Position numbers and translations under genes: made by a program. Under the pieces are notes generated by a model that was not told the origin of the DNA, made no database searches, and worked only from the letters and a program-made list of their open reading frames with translations. Below are positions 34,538 through 40,619 of a DNA stretch of 54,015 nucleotides, piece by piece; position 1 is the first letter of the stretch; the number at the start of each line of letters is the position of its first letter. This DNA comes from an uncultured Spirochaetaceae bacterium (GTDB lineage: Bacteria; Spirochaetota; Spirochaetia; DSM-27196; PWMO01), in contig CAZTRQ010000001.1 of the NCBI GenBank assembly GCA_964616245.1, forward strand, positions 1-54,015, in the 5' to 3' direction.

Positions 34538-35356
34538 ATGTCTCCGGGTGGCCGCCGAAGCGCCGGGTTGAAAAGCTCCGTGCTTTTTGGTGTCTCCATC
34601 GGTGCCCTTGGAGCGGTCTGGTTTCTTGCCGCGCGGCTCCTCGGTTCTTCCATACTGCTTCCGGGGCCACCTGAGGTGCTCCGGACAACGGTAAGCCTTC
34701 TGCAGGAGACCGTATTTCTCGAGCACGTTGGGGCGACGCTGTGGCGGTCCCTGGTGGCCTTTTTTCTCGCTACGGCGGGTGCCGGCATCCTCGGTATAGC
34801 CGCCGGGGTCTTCCCTTCCCTCGAGCTCTTTCTTCGACCCTGGGTCATGATCGTCCGGTCCACCCCGGTAATCTCGATCATTCTCTTAACCTTGGTCCTG
34901 CTCCGGAGCAGCGTGGTCCCCTCGGTTGTCGCCCTTCTGATAACCTTTCCGCTTATCTACGTAACCGTCGTCGAAGGGGTAAGCTCCGTCGACCCCGCTC
35001 TGGAGGAGATGAGCGATCTCTACCGCGTCCCGCTGGGGCGAAAGATTCAACAACTCTATATTCCGTCGGTTGCCCCGTTTTTTCTTTCCGGGCTCCACGC
35101 GGCCCTGGGACTAACCTTTAAGGTCGTCGCCGCCGCAGAGGTTCTTGCCCAGCCCCGCTGGGGAATCGGTAGCGCGATGCAGGAAGCCCGAATCCTTTTG
35201 AAGACCGCGGAAGTACTCGCCTGGACCGTAATCCTCCTTCTGCTGAGCGGCTTCGGGGAGCTTGCTTTCCGGGGGCTTCGGCGAGCCATGGCCCGCCGTC
35301 CTGTGTCGGGACCCTCCGATATTCCTCGCCGGTCCGAGACGGTTCGGGAGCTTTGA
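34538..35356 (+). CDS. ABC importer permease, NitT/TauT (SsuC/TauC-like) family
   Basis: ATG 34538 lies 1 nt after the tyrS stop, with GGAAGG upstream. Six hydrophobic segments and an EAA-like loop (EEMSDLYRVPLGRKIQQLYIPSVAP). Confidence 0.85.
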   Translation: MSPGGRRSAGLKSSVLFGVSIGALGAVWFLAARLLGSSILLPGPPEVLRTTVSLLQETVFLEHVGATLWRSLVAFFLATAGAGILGIAAGVFPSLELFLRPWVMIVRSTPVISIILLTLVLLRSSVVPSVVALLITFPLIYVTVVEGVSSVDPALEEMSDLYRVPLGRKIQQLYIPSVAPFFLSGLHAALGLTFKVVAAAEVLAQPRWGIGSAMQEARILLKTAEVLAWTVILLLLSGFGELAFRGLRRAMARRPVSGPSDIPRRSETVREL

Positions 35357-35357
35357 C

Positions 35358-36065
35358 ATGAGCGATCCGACCGTCGGCTTCCAGGGCGTGCATAAGGCGT
35401 TCGGCTCTACCCCGGTTCTCGACGACCTTACCTTGAATCTCGTTCTTGGAGGCATTACCGTCGTTCTTGGTCCTTCAGGCTGCGGCAAGACGACCCTTTT
35501 GCGCATCGCCGCCGGGCTGCTTTCTCCGGACCGAGGAGCTCTTCCGGGGATAACGGAAAGGGCGGTAAGCTTCGCGTTTCAAGAGCCCCGCCTTCTGCCC
35601 TGGCTCTCCGCCCGGGAGAACCTGCGTTACGTCCTACGCCGGGCCGACGAAGAGACTATCGACGAGGTCCTGTCGATTCTGGAGCTGACGGAGTTCGAGC
35701 GCTTTCTTCCCGGTCAGTTAAGCGGCGGAATGCAACATCGGCTGTCCCTCGCCCGGTGTTACCTCTACCCCAGCGACCTCGTGCTCCTCGACGAGCCCTT
35801 CCGAGGTCTCGACCTGCCGAGGAAGTTGCGCATGATGGAAGTTTTTTCGAGGCTCTGGTCCCGGGACCGTCGGACGGTGGTGATGGTAACCCACGACGTC
35901 CAGGAAGCGTCCGCATTGGGGGACCTCGTTGCGATCCTTACCGACCGGCCGGCGCGGGTCCGGGCGCTGGTCGTTCCCGATATCCCCCGGGACGAGCGCA
36001 GCATCGGGGGTCAGAGGGTCGAAGTGCTCCAAAGAGAGCTGACCGCGCTCCTACTCGGAGAGTAG
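35358..36065 (+). CDS. ABC transporter ATP-binding protein (NitT/TauT family)
   Basis: Walker A GPSGCGKTT, signature LSGGMQHRLSLAR, Walker B LVLLDEPFRGLD. ATG lies 1 nt after the permease stop. No substrate-binding protein gene is adjacent. Confidence 0.9.
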   Translation: MSDPTVGFQGVHKAFGSTPVLDDLTLNLVLGGITVVLGPSGCGKTTLLRIAAGLLSPDRGALPGITERAVSFAFQEPRLLPWLSARENLRYVLRRADEETIDEVLSILELTEFERFLPGQLSGGMQHRLSLARCYLYPSDLVLLDEPFRGLDLPRKLRMMEVFSRLWSRDRRTVVMVTHDVQEASALGDLVAILTDRPARVRALVVPDIPRDERSIGGQRVEVLQRELTALLLGE

Positions 36066-36090
36066 CCGGCGCGACCGGGAGTGGGCCTGG

Positions 36091-36738
36091 TTAGTCCGCA
36101 TGCCCATTACCCTGGATGCGCAGCTTTACCGAAAGGACGGCGTATCCGGAGGAGAGATCCTCCTTCTGCACGACGATGTGATCGGGAACCTTCAACTTAA
36201 CATTGGTAAAGTTCCAAATTGCTTCGACGCCCGCCTTGATCAGAAGGTCCGCCACAGCTTGGGCGTGGGAGGAGGGAACCGTCAGGATCGCGATCTTAAT
36301 CGATAGCTCCTGGATCTTCTCCGCCATTTGATGAAGCGTGAACACCGGTGTTTCGTGGATGCTCTTTCCGATCTTCTTCTTGTCCATGTCGAAGGCGGCG
36401 ACAATATTTAGACCCCGACGGCGGAACTCCCGGTAGCCGATCAGTGCGGTTCCAAGGCTGCCCGCCCCAACGATCGCCGCGCGGTGGTCTTTGTGCCACT
36501 CCAAGAACGAATAGATCGATTCAATAAGCTTGTCGACGGGAAAACCGATCCGAGGCTTTCCGACGATGCCGGTAACCGCGAGATCCTTCCGGACTTGGAT
36601 TGGCTCGAGCTCCAGCTCCTCGGCAATGGTGGTGCCGGAAATAAACTCTCTGCCGTCTCGTTGTGCGTTCTCTATGACATGCAGATAGGAAGGAAGCCGC
36701 TTGATAGTCGGCTGGCTTCCAAGCTTGGGTCTAGTCAT
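36091..36738 (-). CDS. rex: redox-sensing transcriptional repressor Rex
   Basis: TIKRLPSYLHVIE (winged-helix start), IVGAGSLGTAL Rossmann motif, and the typical C-terminal WNFTNVKLKVP. Confidence 0.9.
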   Translation of the reverse strand: MTRPKLGSQPTIKRLPSYLHVIENAQRDGREFISGTTIAEELELEPIQVRKDLAVTGIVGKPRIGFPVDKLIESIYSFLEWHKDHRAAIVGAGSLGTALIGYREFRRRGLNIVAAFDMDKKKIGKSIHETPVFTLHQMAEKIQELSIKIAILTVPSSHAQAVADLLIKAGVEAIWNFTNVKLKVPDHIVVQKEDLSSGYAVLSVKLRIQGNGHAD

Positions 36739-36802
36739 AGAACGAACCTCCAGAGAGTACGGTTATTCCGGTCGTAACCGGTGCGTCTTCGCTATGCAAC
36801 AA

Positions 36803-36820
36803 ACGCCGGGAACCCGGCGT
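36803..36820. promoter_or_regulatory. perfect 18-bp GC-rich palindrome ACGCCGGGAACCCGGCGT in the rex / PQQ-HEAT divergent intergenic region
   Basis: Seen directly. Its function (operator or hairpin) is unknown and it does not resemble the AT-rich TTGTGAA-type Rex box. Confidence 0.3.
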
Positions 36821-36869
36821 GCCGTCAAAGAGTATAACGCAGTGTGCTGGTTTTTGGTAGGATCAGGCA

Positions 36870-38555
36870 ATGGTGAAGCGGCATCTTTCGGTAGCGACGT
36901 TCGTCCTGGTTTTTTCGGCGTTTTTCCTCGGCGCCGCTGCCGAACTCTACCCCGATGTCCTCCGCTACGTTACCGGGGGGCTCTCACCGGGGCCTCCTGC
37001 ATCCACGGAGGAGCTTCTCTACCTGGTATCCGAGGACCGCTACCTCTACGCTTTCGCCTATAACGGCGAGCGCCTCTGGCGTCGGGATCTTCGGCGACGC
37101 CCCTTAGGGCCCGCGATACTCGGTCCCGACGGCACGATATACGTTTCCCGGGACGGTCGGGGAGTCTCTGCGTATAACCGGCGGGGTATCCGCCTGTGGG
37201 ACGCAGATATTCCGGATGTAACCCTTCCGCCGACGGTTACGCCCCGGGGTCTTTTGGTAGTTCCTCGAGCCGAGGGGACGATCTCCGTCTATTCACCTTC
37301 CGGCCGTCTCTTGAACTCCTTTAGGGGGCCGGGCACACTCGTTGCCGAACCGGTTCTCCTGTCCAACGGATACCTCCTCCTCCTCGGAGAGGACGGTGTC
37401 GTCTCGGCGGTGGACGGTGCGGGTAACCGCCTGTGGCAGCTATCGCTCCGCCGCGTTCCGGTGAGTGTCGCCGCCGGGGAAGGGGGATCGGTCGTCTTGG
37501 GTCTGGACGACGGACGGATCCTTATCCTCGGCCCGGAGGGCCGGGTGGCCGCCGAATGGCAGGCTACCGCCGGAGTCCGGCAGGTGCGCAGCGGCGGGAC
37601 GACGATTGCCGCGACCCTCGCCGACGGCAGGCTCTGGGTACTGGACCGGGAGGACGACCGGGTCTGGGTTGCAGGACCGCCGGGCGAATTCCTAACCGGG
37701 GTAACCCTCACAGAGGATTGGATCGCCTCGGTTTCCCAGGGTGGAAAACTCTACCTTTTCTCTCCGGAGGGAGCTCTTATTCGGGAATATCGCCTTCCGG
37801 AGAAGGCGGAGCTTAGCGAGCCGACGGTTCTCGCCGGGGGCGGAGTGGCTGCGGTGGGGTCGAACTGGGTCGTCTACCTCTTTTCGGCGCCGGAAGGTGG
37901 CTGCCGGGCACCCTGGGGCTGTTATCGAGGGGGGCAATCGCTCGCCGGTAGAAGCGCCTCCGAGGATGCCCGCGACTTGGTGCTGCCCCGGGGAACCGGG
38001 GGAGGGAGCCTCGAGCGCATCTATTTCGAGCGACTGCTCTCCTCGGCCGACCCCGAGGAGCGAGGCAAGGGGCTCGACGAGGTTCGCCGGAGACTCGAGG
38101 AGGGCCGACTGGGATCCCTTCGGGTCTACGTAGTGCCGTTGCTCCGGGGGATCGCGCTGCGAAGAAGGGCCCCCGGCTTGTCGCCGGAGGATCAGCGCCA
38201 AGCGGTCCGTCTTCTCGGCCAGATTGGCACCTATGAGGCCTCAGGGGCGCTCTCGGACCTCGCAGCCGGAGCCGGCCCCGATCTTCTCGAAACCGTGGCC
38301 GAGGCCATAGGAGGGCTTGGGAGCGATCCTAACCAGACGGCTGCCCGGGCACTTCTGCGAATTCTCCAACGGAGCTCGGACCTTCAGGTGGTGGAAGCGG
38401 TGGTGCGTGCTTCACAGCGACTCGTGGGTTACGCCGGAGGGCGCTACTCACCGGCCTTCGAAGGCATCGTCGGCTACGTGTCGGAGGGAGACTATCCTAT
38501 GGAACTCAAGAGGCGCGCCCTGGCTCTCGGCTCCCTTGAATCCTTCCGTCCCTGA
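36870..38555 (+). CDS. exported PQQ-like (BamB-type) beta-propeller fused to C-terminal HEAT/PBS-lyase-like repeats
   Basis: Signal-like N-terminus VATFVLVFSAFFLGAAA. Repeated ..YLYAF..G..LW / GTIYVS..G.VSAY blades. The C-terminal helical repeats include QRQAVRLLGQIGTYEASGALSDL and VAEAIGGLGSD. Confidence 0.75.
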   Translation: MVKRHLSVATFVLVFSAFFLGAAAELYPDVLRYVTGGLSPGPPASTEELLYLVSEDRYLYAFAYNGERLWRRDLRRRPLGPAILGPDGTIYVSRDGRGVSAYNRRGIRLWDADIPDVTLPPTVTPRGLLVVPRAEGTISVYSPSGRLLNSFRGPGTLVAEPVLLSNGYLLLLGEDGVVSAVDGAGNRLWQLSLRRVPVSVAAGEGGSVVLGLDDGRILILGPEGRVAAEWQATAGVRQVRSGGTTIAATLADGRLWVLDREDDRVWVAGPPGEFLTGVTLTEDWIASVSQGGKLYLFSPEGALIREYRLPEKAELSEPTVLAGGGVAAVGSNWVVYLFSAPEGGCRAPWGCYRGGQSLAGRSASEDARDLVLPRGTGGGSLERIYFERLLSSADPEERGKGLDEVRRRLEEGRLGSLRVYVVPLLRGIALRRRAPGLSPEDQRQAVRLLGQIGTYEASGALSDLAAGAGPDLLETVAEAIGGLGSDPNQTAARALLRILQRSSDLQVVEAVVRASQRLVGYAGGRYSPAFEGIVGYVSEGDYPMELKRRALALGSLESFRP

Positions 38556-38597
38556 GCTATAATCGAAGTACGAAGAACGCCGAGGAGGCTCCGGACA

Positions 38598-40118
38598 ATG
38601 TCCATCAGACAATCAATCGAACGTGTTACTCTTCTCACCGCCCTCGTGGTGCTCTTGTGGCCCCTAGCGCTGTACGGCCAGACATCCCTCGATGTCGACC
38701 AGGAGGAGCTGGAGTCTCAGATAGACCGATCCGTCGAGTTTCAGAACTACACCGGTCCCTACGAGCGGATCGACCCGGCGGAAGAGATTTTCGGAATCGG
38801 GCGATCCCTCGCGGCGCAGATCGACGGCCCCGGTGGTCGCGGACGCATCGGAAACAGCTACCAGATTGTCCGAGCGGCGGACCCCGACGTCCTCGACGGT
38901 CTCGACGCCGACATTCTCTACATCCTTCCCCAGGGACGGGTGGACCACATCGACAATGTCCGGAGAATCCTCGCCGGCTATCTCGAGGCTGCCTACGACT
39001 ACAGCCGATCCGACGCCCTTCTTCTGGCGGAGCTCGTGACCATCTACAACGCGATATATCGGGGTAATCTCGACTTTTATCGGGGACGGTATAAGGACGT
39101 TGTCTTGCGCAACCTATCGGCCGGCGACGTTGGCATCTCGACGCTCTATTCCGATTGGCCCGGCGCAACGGAGTTGGTCACACCCCTCGACAGCGGTGCC
39201 GAGCCCGGGCGACTGCGGTCCATCGATCCTATAGAGCTTACCGATGAGGGCGTCGAGGATCGTCTGCGAGAACGCGAAGATCGAGGCATCGAGACCCGAG
39301 AAGATGCGGTCGACCTTATGGAGCGCGCTATCGACCAGGAAGAGGAAGGCATCGAAGAAGAGGAAGAGGCCATTGCCGAGGCGGAGGAGGAGCTTCGGCA
39401 AAGGGAGGAGGAGCTTCAGCAGCAGGAGGAGGAGGCGACAACCGACGAAGAGCGGCGGCAGGTCGAGGAAGAGGAGGCAGAGATTGAAGCGGAGCGGCAA
39501 GAGCTCTCGGAGCGCCGAGAAGCGGTGCAGGACCGGCGAGAAGACGTCGAAGAGCTAACCGAGGCGGTCCGGGAACGCCGGGAAAGCGTCGCCGAAGACC
39601 GACGCGAATTGCTCGGCGCCGAAGGCCGAATTGCCGAGCCAGGGCAGGTGCTCTTCTTACGGGTACGAGAACGGAGCGAGGGCCCCCTCGGGCAGCTTGT
39701 CTACGTCGACGCCGAGAGCGGCGCAGTCGAAGAAGAATCGCCGGTAGCCACCGTAACGAGTCGAAGCTACGAGCTCGTCTCCGGCGACCTTCTACTCGTC
39801 GGAGAGACCGAAGGGCAGTCACGCCTCTTACTCGTCGGTCCCGAGGACCTGGAGGTCCGTATCTCGGGGGAAGACGAGATCTTTCCTCAGAGCATCCTTC
39901 TATCGAGAGACGGGGGGCGGGAGATCTATGCGGTCGTTCGAGCCGGGGGAGGGTGGCATCTCGGGCGCTTTGACGATCGATTGGTCCTGAGGGAGCGGTC
40001 GACGACGGAGGTTACTCCGTATACCACCGTTCAGTTCGCCGAAAACCGCGTGTGGGTACAGCTTCTAGACGGTAGCATCGTCGGCCTCGACGCAGCGACC
40101 CTCGACCGGCTTCGATAG
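38598..40118 (+). CDS. P83/100-antigen-family protein with a central hyper-acidic coiled coil
   Basis: Signal peptide. VEFQNYTGPYERI..IFGIGRSLA, NVRRILAGYLEAAYDYSRSDALLLAELVTIYNAIYRGNLDFYRGRY and YSDWPGATELVTPL parallel my memory of the Borrelia P83/100 N-domain (EFVNYKGPY.., LRRILTGYL.., ITIYNAVYRGDLDYY). Confidence 0.8.
   Translation: MSIRQSIERVTLLTALVVLLWPLALYGQTSLDVDQEELESQIDRSVEFQNYTGPYERIDPAEEIFGIGRSLAAQIDGPGGRGRIGNSYQIVRAADPDVLDGLDADILYILPQGRVDHIDNVRRILAGYLEAAYDYSRSDALLLAELVTIYNAIYRGNLDFYRGRYKDVVLRNLSAGDVGISTLYSDWPGATELVTPLDSGAEPGRLRSIDPIELTDEGVEDRLREREDRGIETREDAVDLMERAIDQEEEGIEEEEEAIAEAEEELRQREEELQQQEEEATTDEERRQVEEEEAEIEAERQELSERREAVQDRREDVEELTEAVRERRESVAEDRRELLGAEGRIAEPGQVLFLRVRERSEGPLGQLVYVDAESGAVEEESPVATVTSRSYELVSGDLLLVGETEGQSRLLLVGPEDLEVRISGEDEIFPQSILLSRDGGREIYAVVRAGGGWHLGRFDDRLVLRERSTTEVTPYTTVQFAENRVWVQLLDGSIVGLDAATLDRLR
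39250..39620 (+). repeat. GAR-rich low-complexity coding tract (Glu/Arg coiled coil) inside the P83/100-like gene
   Basis: Runs of GAG/GAA/GAGGAGGAGCTTC-type units encode EEEGIEEEEEAIAEAEEELRQREEELQQQEEEATTDEERRQVEEEEAEIEAERQE.. Confidence 0.6.
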
Positions 40119-40143
40119 CCGCCTTAGTAGGGGGACCCTAAGC

Positions 40144-40602
40144 TTAGTTTTTGCCCCGGGGTTTTTTCCGTCCGAAAATTTTGCGAAGCAACCGCAGGAG
40201 GGCGTTCCAAACTCGCTTGAATATGCCGGGGTTCTTGAGTCGGTCGAGTCGAACGTAGGCGTCCGCCAACTCGTCGGTGCTCAGATTCTTCCGTTGCGTA
40301 TTCTCGTCGATTTCCACCTCCAAGAGAGCAGTCTCCTGCGTGGTATCGATTATCGACGCGGTAATGCGTTGCCAGCCGAGGCGTCTGGCGGCTTCCAGAC
40401 GGCGATGCCCCGCTACGAGCTCCCGGTCTCGGGTAATGACGATCGGATTTAACAGACCGTGGCGACGCAAGCTATCCATCAGCAGTGTCAGGTCGCCGAG
40501 GTTCTTTCGGATTCGTTTTCGGATTACCACGTCTCCTACCCCTATCTGGACGAGCTCTCTCCCCGAGGGTGAGACGTTGTTTCGTGCCGGTTGCTTCTTC
40601 AT
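40144..40602 (-). CDS. stand-alone ParB/Srx N-terminal (CTP-switch fold) domain protein with a basic amphipathic C-terminal helix
   Basis: 152 aa. LLNPIVITRDRELVAGHRRLEAARRLG (ParB box II GxRRxxAA) and EIDENTQRKNLSTDELADAY (box III ENxQR). No HTH or dimerisation domain. The tail is GIFKRVWNALLRLLRKIFGRKKPRGKN. Confidence 0.8.
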   Translation of the reverse strand: MKKQPARNNVSPSGRELVQIGVGDVVIRKRIRKNLGDLTLLMDSLRRHGLLNPIVITRDRELVAGHRRLEAARRLGWQRITASIIDTTQETALLEVEIDENTQRKNLSTDELADAYVRLDRLKNPGIFKRVWNALLRLLRKIFGRKKPRGKN

Positions 40603-40619
40603 ACTATCTCCGATGGCTC

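Noticed and set aside
36739-36869. I looked for a canonical Rex operator (TTGTGAA-N-TTCACAA type) near rex and in the other intergenic regions.
   Set aside because: I found no convincing match by eye. Only the GC-rich palindrome at 36803-36820 is present, and it is a different motif. A proper position-weight-matrix scan is still needed.
40119-40143. CTTAG(TA)GGG-gga-CCCTAAG imperfect hairpin between the convergent P83/100-like and ParB-like genes, considered as a bidirectional terminator.
   Set aside because: The stem is short and bulged, and there is no U-tract on either strand. The evidence is too weak to call.
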